A DNA stretch of 64,000 bases from Camelus ferus. Lineage: Eukaryota. The DNA is taken from positions 17,114,001-17,178,000 of the forward strand of contig NC_045696.1 in the NCBI RefSeq assembly GCF_009834535.1, given 5' to 3'. This document shows positions 40,156 through 53,299 of this stretch, one piece after another (within the stretch, counting starts at the first letter, position 1; every line of letters starts with the position of its first letter). The position numbers and the translations under genes are program-made. The notes under the pieces were generated by a model. The model saw nothing but the letters and a program-made list of their open reading frames with translations, was not told where the DNA came from and did not search any database.

Positions 40156-41573
40156 CAATTTGTCCACTGTGTACAGCATGCATTTGGAAGGAGACTGTAA
40201 GTTTAAGTGTTAGTCTTTGCCTGGCAGAAGTTAGCTTAACAGTCCAGCTCGACATAAAGATAGCTGCCACTATTTAAAGCCTGATTCTCTGCTTACTGCT
40301 GTAGTGCAAATGATACAGGTTCGGTCTCTTAAGAATTGACTCACATTAGTAAAACTTACAAACTGATATTGAACAGTATATCAGCTTTTGAATTGTAATG
40401 AGCAGTGTGAAGTCCATGAGGTTAAGCAACACTTTTCTGTATTATAGGAAACAAACAATTTAAGAGACATTTAATCAGAAGTTTGTTTCAAGAGGATGAC
40501 ATCAGATTAGAGGAATATAACATTTAATGACATCTGGTTGTCAGTGATGTGAAAGCCTCCATCTTTAACGTAAGAAGAACTGCCTGCTAAGTAGACTTCA
40601 CACTAAAATAAAATGATGAGGCTGTGCATCCCCTTGGACTTGGCTAATTGGGAAATGCCACTTACCTCTATAACATCTCAGTGCTTTTATTTATTTAATA
40701 TTTAATATTTTTATTAAGTATTCAGATCCTCTGTACTAATTATTAATAGAGTCTCCCTTTGGTCAAATTGTATTTAAGGTGCAAGAATATTTCTAGCACT
40801 TGATTTGTTAATTTTCAGAATTTTGTGCACTCCTTAGAATGTGATTCACTAAAACTAGAATAGCTTTGGATAGCCCTTCCCCTCCTAACTATCAAAAGAA
40901 TATCCATTGTAGTTATATAAATTGTATAAGCTACTCAGAGGACTTTTTAATCTTTGGGGTCTCCTTAATTTCCATCATTCAAAATAAGAGTATACAACAG
41001 GACTTGGTGAATAAGGACTACAAATGTCAGAACATTTATCAGAGGGTTCTGTCTCAAGCTTTGACTATCTTGTGATATTTTTAGCTCCCCTGTACCACCC
41101 TAGCACTAGAGTTTTTATGAAGGCTGAAACGTGGGCAGAAATTGTTTGCCACTTCCAAGAAAGATGTAAGGAGGAGTAATCCCATGATTTTATTTCTAGC
41201 TCTCCATTTCAAACAAAAAGAGCGAAAAAAAAAAAAGGAAAAAAAAGAAAGTCTCCCAAAAGTCCTAGCTACTTTGAGGATATGGTTTTATAAATAATTG
41301 AGTTATATCCCCTGGGAGAAAGTTCTTTCTTTCCTTATATTTTGTGACTTTCCTTTGAAAGTTTCTTTTGACATTAATACTGTTTACTTTAAAATAAGTT
41401 AAGGATTAGGAACAAGTGAGTTAACTGTGCCAGATAATATACAATATGCAAAAATATGATTAATTTATTCTTGGCTTATTATATTTGGAAAAATGTCTAT
41501 CATGAAAACTTATTTTCACTGTCTAACCAAGTTATATGATAGGTATAGATATAGAATATCATGTTATTTCAAG

Positions 41574-42111
41574 TGGAGAATAGCAGAATGTGCTATCCTT
41601 TTAGCAAAAGAATGATTTTGAGCTAAAAACAATTAAAAAGAATCATATATAAGAAAAGCCTTTTATCTTCCCTTTTTTTTGCCTAAAATAAGGACATAAC
41701 ATTTATAAAATTGCCCCCTGACCCCCAACAAGAAAGGACAGAAGTTAATCGTTGGAAACAACTCTAAACACCAGCTCAGAGTCATAACCAAAGTCTATAA
41801 CAAACCTTGCTAAACTAACCCTTGGCTAGCAATTGTTTGCCTATAGTGTTATATCTTCCCACAATTTTCCACCCCTAGAAGCTCATAGTCCTTTTTCTTT
41901 GCCTTGTCACTTCCCTAAAAATGTATTTTTCTTTATAAAGATTCTATATAAGCCCAAATTCTAACCACAACCGGATATACGCCTGATGCCCATGTTAATA
42001 AACTACTGTTTGTTTTTTCTATGTTAATCTGTCTCATTAGTCTCCTATGCAGGGCCTCAGCCAAAGAACATCGGAGGGCAGAGGGAAAAACAGGCTTTTT
42101 CTTCCCCTACA
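41574..42111 (+). mobile_element. ERV1 LTR, MER34-like
   Basis: gaatgattttgagctaaaaacaatt...ctatataagccc...ttaataaactactg...gttaatctgtct...gggcctcagccaaagaac...ttcttcccctaca. Confidence 0.72.
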
Positions 42112-42830
42112 AAAGCAGCTGTGGATTTCTGATACATTGACTCATTTCTACCTTCACCATTAGGAAAAAAAAAAGATGCTTTTGACATTGTGATTAATTT
42201 GTATTTAAGTATTATTTATATAATAGTACAGTGTGATTTTAAACTTCTCATATTGACAGGAAGGAAAATTACTTAAAACTATTTGCCAGTTGATCGAGAA
42301 AATAACTGCATAGCCATTTTCAATATGTGTTTATTTTTTAAATAATAAAGCATTTCTTTTCATTCGTAAATGACTTTTCCCTCTTGAAAACTCCAGCATG
42401 TGATAACTATGTATAAATGTCAAATCTTAATCAGAAATTTTAAAGCCATAAAACCAGCTTTTACTCAAGTCTCAAAAGAAACAAAGCCAAAGTTTTAAGA
42501 CCATAAATTAGAAGCAGATAAGATCAGGAGTCGGAAAAGGAAAAGAAAATCAGCTTTTCATTAGTTACAAATTCCCGCTTTTTTGATGGATGATTTCAAG
42601 TAACTTCAGTGAATTTGGGGTTCTATTCTTTATGATTCAGCTCAGCTGTCTCCTTTCTGCACGTGTCACTGAACTTTGTCAACATCCCTTTTATCCACGT
42701 GCACGCCAGAACCCTGGGCACAGCTGTCCTCTCACCTAACAAGCATTCGTTTATAAACTACCTGGTTCATGCCTGGCCTCTCTTGATGGCACAGACTATG
42801 TTTCTAGCTTATTTAGTTTTAACTGGAAGC

Positions 42831-42903
42831 TGACACAGTATTGTAAAATGACTATAACTCAATAAAAAAAAAATGTTAAAAACGAAAACAAAAACAAAAA
42901 ACA
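42831..42903 (+). mobile_element. Very short 3' end of a young L1 with A-rich tail
   Basis: tgacacagtattgtaaaatgactataactcaataaaaaaaaaatgttaaaa is nearly identical to the terminus of the minus-strand L1 at 52126-52319. Confidence 0.8.
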
Positions 42904-43324
42904 CCAAGAACTGGTACAATTGATCTAGTAGTTTTTAAATAAATCTGTGTTTAACGAATTAATATATTAAAGAGATATTATCAAGGATAAATTTAGGTAA
43001 AGTTGACTTTTGTTTCAGTCATTCTCATTTTCCAGCTTTAACAGGCATAAACTATGAGATCTTGAGTAAGAGCAAACATTTCTAGCTTTTAGTTTTCTTG
43101 TTTGTAGATTACAATAATTGAACTCACTAAAGCACACCCATTTTTGGATGCACATCTGAGTTCATTTTTCTTGATCCATATAAGTAAAATCTTATATTTG
43201 AGTGGAAATCATTGTATTCACTGAGTCCAATTATTTAGGAAAGTGAAATCTCTCCTTAGGCCCTGGAAGTTTATTTTTCTTTATTCTGAAACAATTATTC
43301 TCAAAGTTACATCTCCAAAGAATG

Positions 43325-43570
43325 GCATAGAAATTACGGAAATTCCATAAAGAACAGAAAAAAAGAAAGGGAAAGAAACCAAAGCATATTTAAAGAAATA
43401 ATGACAGAGAACTTTATAAATAAACATCCAGATGCATGAGACCCACAGAATTCCAAGGAGATGGAATACAAAGAGGTAATGATCAAGGTACATTATAATC
43501 AAATTGCCAAAAGTAAATGACAGAGAATTTTGAAAGCAGAAAGAAAAATGAAACTCATCACATATAATAT
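43325..43570 (+). mobile_element. L1 ORF1 fragment
   Basis: Pieces translate to IFKEIMTENF, IQMHETHRIPRR and RYIIIKLPKVND, typical of L1 ORF1p. Confidence 0.75.
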
Positions 43571-45442
43571 AATAATAGAATAACTGGTTGATCTGAGATA
43601 AATAGTAAAAAATACAGATTACAATTTTGAAAAAGAAACAGGACAGGCTTTTTTAAGACGCGCAGGTTTCAATAACGAAAGTAAACCTGTATCTCCCAAA
43701 AGTTGCAAAGAAAAGTGTATCCAGTTTTGATGATATTTGTCTTGTGATTAAAAAGCACTTAAGAAAATAAGAACAATTCCATTTGTTATTCACTTGTTGT
43801 CTTAATAAATCGTAGGACACTACTCATCTGTTGAAATGTCATTTGTGTCTATTGCACATTTCCTGTTGCTACTGACAATTTCTTAGACTAAAGCTTACCT
43901 GAGGCAAAACTGGCTTAGTAGCGGTCATCTTAATTCCTGGCTTTTGACTCTCTAATCAGCTTTTCACAATAATAAATGATGAACAGCACTGAACATTTAA
44001 GATTTTCTCTCATTTCCTACCATAATTTTAACATATTCATGGTTTAAAAAAAATCTATGTATCGCAGAGACTGGGAGTTTCTTCTTACTTTTCAATAATA
44101 AATAATAATCTCTCATCATTCAATTTTACACAACTTTATTCTTCCCTAGTTTTCTGATTTGTAGTTCTAAATTACAACTTCTTCTGGAGCAAGTGTCTCT
44201 TAGAAAATGTAACATATTCTAGTCTTTCAGATTGTCATCCATTTGTTTCATTTTCTGCTTTCTGAAATGCCCTGCTCCATTCATTACTCCCTTTTCCAAT
44301 CATATCATCAGTTAAAGCTGAACTCAATGCCAACCTTCATTATGCAGTATTTACACAGCCATCTTTATTCTCCGAATCCTGAGTAACATTTTTTTCAACA
44401 TCACACATTTGAGCATATAAACTTTATTAGGTTGTATAACTAATTACGCATATCCAATCCTATTATGGGTCCAAAAGCCAAAGCCTCAGTAAGAGATAGA
44501 ACCAGCATACGAATCGTTCCCCTAGATCCATGAAGGCAGGGGCATCATTTATACTTTATAATTCCCCTCAAAGTTTTCAGCATCCTTAAGGGGACACATT
44601 TTCCGTTGTTTATTTGTTTAAAATAGTGGGAGGTTTTGGACACAAGCAATTCAAAGAAGATCCTGGAGAGAAAAAGCCTGTCCTCTCCATCTCGTTTAAG
44701 CTGTGACCACTCATTGCCTGTCTGTGCCATATGCAATGGAATGAATCACATCTCCCCCTCAAGAACTACGAGCACAGAGAAGTTCAGTTTGTAGCCTAAA
44801 GTGACTGCCTGGAAATGTGGTCTCATTAGAGCCAATGTCCGTGAACCTGTCAGGTTCAACATGAGTTCCTGTCATTGTCTCCGGAGGAATGAGGTATTAC
44901 TTTGATTGACCAGCATAGCTGCCAACTGCTTGGCATCACTCAGCAATTCTCTGGGCTTTGAACAAATTCATGGCCATCAATCAACACATACATGTATATA
45001 TGGGGAACTCTTTGTCTGGAAAGTCTCATGGCATAAATATGCCTAATCTCTTGTGATTTAATCCAAACATATTGGCTAAGTGTGCATTATTGGTTGACAT
45101 AGACAAGGAATATTTGCACCTGAGGTTAAATTTCAAAGCCTCAGTTACTAGTTCGTGCTTTAAATAACCAAACATAAAACGAAATTTCTATAACTTAACT
45201 TCAAAAATTGTAACGTTCACTTCTTAAGTTAATAAAATGGCAAGTATGAAAGTAATGATTAGATTGCAAAGTAGTTTACTGAGAGCTCATAACAATATTA
45301 ATGATTCTACATAAAATAATGGTTTAGAAATATCTTAATACTTTCTAACTCAAATGCATGCATTTTTCTGAATAGGAGATTTTTCTGAGTTTTTTTTTTT
45401 TAATAATTGTTAAAAGATGACATTAAATCCCTGAATGGATGA

Positions 45443-45803
45443 TGGTATGGACTGAACATTTTGTGTCCCAAGGTTACCTCCCAAAATTTATATGGTGAAA
45501 TCCTGGTCCCCAAAGTGATGTTAGTGGGAGGCAGGCCTTTTATGAGGAGACTAGGTCCTGAGGGTTGAGCCTTCCTGACTGGGACTAGTGCTCTTATAAA
45601 AGAAACCCCAGCAGAATCCTTCACCTCTTCTGCCACACGAGGACATAGTAAGAAAGCACCATTTATGATCCAAAAAGGCGGTCTCACCAAACACCTAACC
45701 TGCTTGATGCCAGCCTCCAGGACTGTAAGGAATAAATTTCCATTGTTAATAACCTATCCAGTTTATGGTCTTTCTGTTATAGCAGCCTGCACGGACTAAG
45801 ACA
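45443..45803 (+). mobile_element. MLT1A0-like MaLR LTR
   Basis: tggtatggactgaac...gtgctcttataaaagaaacccca...gcctccaggactgtaaggaataaatttcc...ggactaagaca; near-TSD gatga / catga. Confidence 0.88.
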
Positions 45804-46229
45804 CATGATTAAAAGGGTCTGATAATAAGCTTGGAGCATGGAAGTTAGAATGAGCTTCCTTTTCACTCATCCTGAAATTTTGTGAATCTATACATGACCA
45901 GGTGCCTGTAAGAGATCCTGGCACCTCTGAGTCTACTCTGCTAATCCTAAAGCATCCTCCTTCCTTTTATAAGCAAATCCTAGCCACTTCTTCATAGGAT
46001 TTAGCAGCTGTCACAACATTACCAGCTCTTTGACATAATGCAAGTAACTTTAACCAGGCCACCCTGCTTGGGGGCAGGTCATTCTGTAGGCTAGTTATTT
46101 TTCAGCTGGACTAGGGGGCTATTTATCCTTATTTCTCGTAAGGCCTGGGAATCTGGTTTTGGTTCTTGCCAGGAAAAAAGAAAGTGGATTAACTAACTCA
46201 CTACGTAATGTTTCTTGCTGTTCTGTTTG

Positions 46230-46570
46230 AGTCCAAACTCCCCTTGTAACATCCAGGCCCAGTGTATTTCTGAGTGGTTTCCACCTGACAGATCACAGAG
46301 CTATATCTGAAAGACTCGTCAGACGTCTTCTGAAACTCAGATTGATCACGCTCTTCTTGCAGTTCATGTCAGAGCCAAAGCATGTCCTTGAATGAAGAAG
46401 ACTCTGGGTTGGCTTGGTCCTGGATGTGCCCCAGACCCCTGATGTTTGCCTGCCCTCTTTCTCTTGCTCTATCATGTCCTTTGCCTTTGTTGCAAGTCTT
46501 CTGTGGGTGTGCCCTGTGGAGTCTGTGAGGCTTTCTATTTTCAACATGTGGAATTACAGTCATCAAATAT
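46230..46570 (+). mobile_element. Possible old ERVL LTR fragment
   Basis: GC-richer block ending gtgtgccctgtggagtctgtgagg, reminiscent of LTR40/41-type 3' ends. Confidence 0.3.
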
Positions 46571-49289
46571 GATAGGTTTTTTAACACTTAGCATCTTCTT
46601 CCTGCACAGATATCCTAACCACATCAGCCAGTTCCTGTGTGTGCAACTTGAACCTTGTTATAATTCGAAATAGCACAATTATCAAAATAAAGACCCAACC
46701 ACATCCTCCCATCCCTCCTTCCTTCTTGCTAAAATCTGTTCTTTTGTCTGGTTTGTTAAACAGAGAGCTGTTGACTCCTTATCTATCAACACAATTCTGA
46801 ATTCCCTTTGTGTTTTATATAGTTGATCTTTCAGATTCTCTGATGCGTATTTCAAGCAATCGTTTGGCAATATTCAACTGTTTTGTTCTGTTTTGTTTCA
46901 CTTTGTCAAAACTATCTGGCAAAAATCCTAAGCCTGGATTAGCTAAAGAAAATAATTTGTTTGCTTAAAAGCAATTTGTGATAGGCTGATAGAAAAAACT
47001 GAATAAAGTGTGGATATTTATTCTTTTCTTATTTCATGGTCAATGATTTCAGCTGAGTATCAAGACTTCATAAAATTTTTATTTTATTTACTTATGGCTA
47101 CTTATATTGGTACTTTTTTTGTAGAGAGTAGCTGGAGAACTCATGGGGGAATTTATTAGATATCTAAGGCTTTAAGGGAAAATTTCCTGAGTAATAATTT
47201 ATCTTAAGAAAAAAAAGCATAAGGCATATAAACATTTTCAATAATATTAGCTTGATCATCAGAGGGAAGGGACATATTTAAATACAGCAACACGCCATAA
47301 AGATTTTTCCCAAGACCAGCCTTGGTGGACTTTTATCAGGCATGGTGGTAGAATCAAGGGTTAAGTGTTCCATGTAAACACACCAAAAATTAAAAAGATT
47401 GTTTAAAAAATTTAAGATTGAAATACAGGATTGCATTGAGAGCAAGATCATAATAAAACATACATAAGGGGAAATGGGATTGCCTCTTCAGATAAATTTA
47501 AATGATGGCATGTTTTGATACAGTGATATGACTCAGGTACTATTTACAATATGACTATTATAAAGGAGAAGTGTTTCACTGCTTGTGATGGCAGTGTTCA
47601 AATATACTCACTTCCTGTCAGGCTGATGTCCTGGGAATATACCTTCTGCTTTTCTATATGGTGCTGTTTTTCCCTTCATAGGCATCAGTTCCTGTCTGTG
47701 CCCAATTCACTCTCACGAGGTCAAGTGTTTTTCCTACTGCAATTGAACTGTCACAGTATTTAAAGCATGTTTTATGCAAGAAATTATTACTCAGAAACTG
47801 AGTTTTCAATTACATATGAGGCCAAAAAGAATATCAAATCTAAGGTCAAAATATATACGATTTACCCAAAAATTCTTTATTGAAGCCCCTCTCAGTTCAC
47901 ATTAACAGAAGCATCATTCTTCTCTCCTCTTCTTCCTCTCCTCTCCTCTCTCTCGGGCTCCCACATTTTAATTGTGCAAGAACCCTATGGATATACTCAA
48001 CACCAAATGGTCATTGTTACGACTAAATGTCAGAGAAGAGAAAAATTAAGCATGTTATCAATCTACTTGCAAACCACACACTACATACAGCTCTGCTTGC
48101 CTCGTTCATTGCACCATATGGCTTTCTTGGAAATGAGGACCAAATGGCTTTACTAAATTTTTTACTGCTCTAAAGAGTCCCTCACTTATCGTGATCCCTA
48201 AATTAGCCACATTGGCTCTTAGAGGAAGAATGATTCTACTGCCGCCAATGTTATGCTCAGTGAAGTGTCTCTAGTACATAAAACTGCAGGACTTTTTTTT
48301 TTTTTTTACAAGATTTTAATATACACTCCCAAATGTTTCAGGTGTCCCGGGTTTGCAGGGTAAAGAGGTACTTCTAGCCTCTTTTAAGCGCAGTGCCACA
48401 GGCAGATTTACCTCCACAATGATCTAGACAGGTGCTACTCTAAACGTGCTTCATTATGTGGATGTACTGTGGTAGGTCAAAAGCATTTCACATGCAGAAA
48501 TTTTTAGGCAGTGCGCTATTGTGGCAATACCCAAGTGCATTGTCAGTAGATTCCTTTTGCTTGAGAGGGTATAGATCATGTGGTTGGGTACAGGGAAACT
48601 CACATGGGGAGTTTCATGAGGTATACCAGTAAAATGCATGTTCAAGATCTTTTTCATTTAGTTTGTCAACTGTATATATGTATTAAAATATGAGAAAATA
48701 CAGACCTTTTATAACATTTTTTCCATAATCATTCAACTTAAATTGCGGAATTTTTACTTATTCCTTAACATTCTTCTTTAAAATGGGGATTCAATATTTA
48801 TATTATTTATTTTTTATCTTAATTTACAGATGTAAAACTACTTTCGCTGTTCTTTTCTGTCAAGAACGCATATACATTTTCTGAATGTTGTGGTTGTAGT
48901 GAGTCAAATGATGACCATGATACTGCCAGAAAATAAAAATAAAATAGTTTGTACCAGTTTAACTTCGACGTATGATTCCCATGCATATTGAGGGCAGATG
49001 CAGTACCATAAATAGTAATAAAATGCTAAGATCATAGCATGCACTAGTCACTGAAGCAAACCACCAAAATTTGGGTGACATTTGCTTAAAAAATTAAGGT
49101 CGAACTAAAGTAACTCTTTGAGAATGTTCGATTAAAAAGCTGATAAAAGCAGTTCTTCAATATTTTACCTATAAATATTTATGCTTTGGGGTCTCTTATA
49201 GAAGAGAATTCCAAGTTGCTTTAAAAATGTGTGTGCATGAAAAAAAAATGTGTGTGCATGTGTGTTTGTGTGTGCATGTGGAGACAGTT

Positions 49290-49830
49290 GCAATGTTCTT
49301 GTTTATACAAGCTATTTTGTGATGATATCACTTTATTTCGTTTGTGTTTGTGTTTTTAATTTTCTTGGTAAATCTATGAGAGTATAATTGCTGGATCATA
49401 GGGTAAGTATACAAAAAATATTCACAGATATTTTCAAAGTAGTTGTATTGTTTTTACATATATAAGAATTCAAATTATTTTACAATATTGCTTATATCTA
49501 GTGTTGTTGATATTTTTAATTTTAGCTATTTCTGCAGGTATGTAGTGGTATCTCACTGTATTTTTAATTTACAATTAATTTTCTGATGACTATGGATTTT
49601 GAGAAATTTAACAAATTTATTGACCATTTACATATCTTCTTTTATTAAGTGTCTCTTCAAATCAATTGCCAATCTATTGTTTAACATTTTTTTCAGTTGT
49701 AAGTTTCTTTATATATGCTGGATTCTGATCTTTTGTGAGATAATATGTATTTCATGAATATTTTCCCTGTGGCTTATGTATTCTATTTTTAATAGCTTCG
49801 TATGCTTATATAAAATGAGTTTTCTTACTT
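49290..49830 (-). mobile_element. Old L1 ORF2 3'-region fragment
   Basis: gagagtataattgctggatcatagggtaag...ttttaattttagctatttctgcaggtatgtagtggtatctcactgta...gttctttatatatgctggat. Confidence 0.75.
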
Positions 49831-52125
49831 TTATTGATTGAGAACAGAATAAATAAAATGGACACAAATAGGTTATTAGCAAATAGAAAAAAATGGCTAA
49901 TCTTAGTCTTGTGTTCTTCATTTTTTGAAGAGTTTTCATGGTCAGAAAAGTAATGAGAAACCTGAAAAGTACAAAGAAAAATATTCACATTTGCTTAATT
50001 ATTTAAAGTGTTCCAACTTTTTGAGAGAAGCTTAAAGTATGAATATTAAGTTAAATAGACAAATATGAATGCATTTAATCTTAATATATCTGATGGAATT
50101 CACACTCTAGATTTGTTCTCCATATAAACTTCACTAAACACCCAAACAGGCATTGGCTTTGGGGTTGAAGTGGAAGTCCTAGGTTAAATAGATTGAATCT
50201 AAGAATACAAAATACTGATCACGACAGAGAAAAGTCACATGCAAACCACTAAAAGTTTAGGAAATGATGTTTCTGCTATTCTGAAAAATAAGAGCACAGA
50301 ACTTTATGAACACATGAAATGTATTCATAAATGCATGAATTGTCTTTGGGCTCATTTGTTATTACTGGGGATCTGAGGATCATCACTTACCTCCCCAGGG
50401 CTCATGTTACAGCATTTAATGTCCCTGCACCGGTATAAGCTCAAGAGGTGCTTGAGGGGGTAAGGAACACGTACATCAACCTCACTACCCCCTGAAGGAT
50501 TTATTCCAAAAGGCTATCTGTGAAGACATAAACACAGATATGTTAAGTAAGAATCCATATACTGGTACAGGAGATTTTATCCTCTTTCCTTTCATCTTCA
50601 AGGCAAAATAAAATAAATGTCTGAAGGGGGGGAATATGAGTGCAATGTAATAAAATTGAGGGAATACAAAAAAGTTCATATCTAATAGAGTCTACTATCT
50701 TGGTGAAAAAGAGTAGAATAGGAATGATGGAGAATGTTTGAAGTAATACTCATGAAATGAAGAACAATTTGCAGTAAGATTAGAAAGTATAGATTTGAAC
50801 TGACGTTTTGGAGCAAGGAGTGTGCCAACCCCAGCATCACCTCTGACGTTTGTGAAGGAGAAAAAGCTTCTTCCAACTCCCTTGGTGAAAGGTGCCTTAA
50901 GGGAAGAAGCAGGTGTCTGTTCTATCAAAGTGAGGAGTGTATATTAAGTGCTGGTCAAATAAGCAGACATCGGAATCACATAGGACTGACAAATTTCTGG
51001 TTTCATCACTTAAGTTTACTTAGTTAGGTTTTTGTTTTGTTTTGTTTTTGGTGTAAGAAGTCCTCTCTTTCCAGAGGAACAAAGTCACTTCTAGCAAGTC
51101 TGTTGAAGTATAGGGAGAGATTCATCCACAATACACCAAGTCAATGTAAAATCATTTATTTGTTTGCGTGCTTCCATGTTCTCCACCAATTTGTCTTACT
51201 TCTCCTAAAATAATTTGTCCATTGTTTTCCCATTCTAATCCACATATCAAGCCAAAGTAAAAGTACAGCTGGAGGATCCAAACAGTTGCTTTTCCTTGGC
51301 TGGATCATTGAAAGGTATCAACCATTACACGTTCATATAACACAACCCTCAGAAAGAAGCTTTTTTTATACCATGTCCACGTAAAGTCACCATTCTTTCT
51401 CTCTGACAGGCAGTTTCATCAATGTTCACCTTAGTGCTGTTGGTATTGCTAAACTCTTGAATGCCAGTGAGGCTCATATACAGGTTATTCTGAATCAAGA
51501 ACTTCTGTATTTTTATGGTTTTAATCAAATTTTTGTTAGAATTTAATAGTGAGAATAGCTGGGTCTTTGGTTTGATGGCCTAGGAAACAGTCATTGTCTT
51601 GGCTACTCTGAACAATGTGCCACATTCCCAACAACCCGGTACCCCATAGTGGGGGGACATGTTATTTTTAACTCGAGGTTGAGGTATTATTCTAACTGTA
51701 GGTCACTGAGAGGTACTGTCAGCTCAATGATTGCTTCTATTACATATAAAAATGATGTAAAAACATACACTGGTAGATGCGAATTGTCCCACTGAACTGT
51801 CATTGAAATGAGAAAACTTACCCAAAAATACAGGCTAAATGAAGGTATACAGAATATTCTATTAGACATAAAAGACTAATGGGATTGGCATCCACATATG
51901 TGTCTATAATAAGTTACATACTACAAGCTTTAAAATATATGTATAGTTGTATCTGCCTTTCTAACTCTATTTATCTATCTGTCTATCCATCCATCTATTA
52001 CCTACTTTTGACTCTATGTGCTATATGCTTTTCAAACATTGACTGTAAAAATATACCATGTTTGGTTATGCATGTCTAAGTTCTCTATATCTGTCCAACA
52101 ACTTTGCATGTTCTCACTGATACTT

Positions 52126-52319
52126 TTTTTTTAACATTTTCTTATTGAGTTATAGTCATTTTACAATATTGTGTCAAATTCCAGTGTAGAGCACAATTTT
52201 TCAATTATATATGAACATACATATATTCATTGTCACATTTTTTTTCACTGTGAGCTACCACAAGATCTTGTATATATTTCCCTGTACTATACAGAATAAT
52301 CTTGTTTATCTATTCTGCA
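52126..52319 (-). mobile_element. Young camelid-like 5'-truncated L1 3' end
   Basis: poly-T then aacattttcttattgagttatagtcattttacaatattgtgtcaaattccagtgtagagc...; 13-bp TSD ctcactgatactt (52113-52125) / ctcaccgatactt (52320-52332). Confidence 0.9.
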
Positions 52320-52959
52320 CTCACCGATACTTAAGTTCCAACCACACTGACCTTTCACAACATCTGAGGCACAGGAGGTCATCATAACCACTTGATGACT
52401 AATGAGCATCATTGTGTTCTATCGTAACACTCTATTTATTATTGTGTATTTTGAATACTAACAACAACCAAATCTGCATTACCAAATATTCCCTAGATAA
52501 AATGTTTTAAACTATTTTAACTAACTTTTAATTTAGAGACTAAACAGCAACAGAAACAAATATATGAGAGGTAAAAAAGATTGCAATTTGTTCCATCATT
52601 AAACAAAGAATATTAAAAGATAAACTGGGCATACTGTGATTCTAATTGAATGCTTTTTCTCAAATGTAAGTTGACATGATTTTTACTACTCCAGAACACA
52701 AATAGGATCATAAATCTGCACTGTGAAAGGTTAGCTAATTAAAATCAGAAATTAATTTTAGAAGTATGAGGTAATCTAAAAAATATTTACACTTAATTTT
52801 AGTGTCAATAGTTTTACATTAGTTTGAAGTATGACATATTTGTGTCAATAGTTTTATATTAAAGTATATCATGATGCAAATCATACTTCCTTGTTTTTTT
52901 TAATCTCAATAACATCCGATTCTGAAGCTACAGGGTAATGAGACATGAGCACCATTGTT

Positions 52960-53180
52960 CAACTATTTGAATTTGCCTCTTCACTTTGCCACCTGTTAAT
53001 TATGTGACCTTGGGAAAGTTACTGTCTCTAAGCTGCAGTATTTTTATTTGTAAAATATGAAGATACTTGTAGATACCCCCTGGGTTTTTATGAAGATCAG
53101 TGAGGTAATCAAGATAAGCACATAAAACAGTATCTGATATATAGACATTGTTCTAAAAATGTTAGCTGTTGTTATTGTCA
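52960..53180 (+). mobile_element. MIR SINE
   Basis: tttgaatttgcctcttcactttgccacctgttaattatgtgaccttgggaaagttactgtctctaagctgcagtatttttatttgtaaaat...aaatgttagctgttgttatt. Confidence 0.75.
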
Positions 53181-53299
53181 TTATTAATGTGATGCTGTTA
53201 TCAATAATAAGATTAAATTAGATAATAGTTTTAATATTTTAGTACTAAGTTCTTATGACAATGCCTTTGCCTACCTACCTGCTCTCATGTTTCCTAAAG

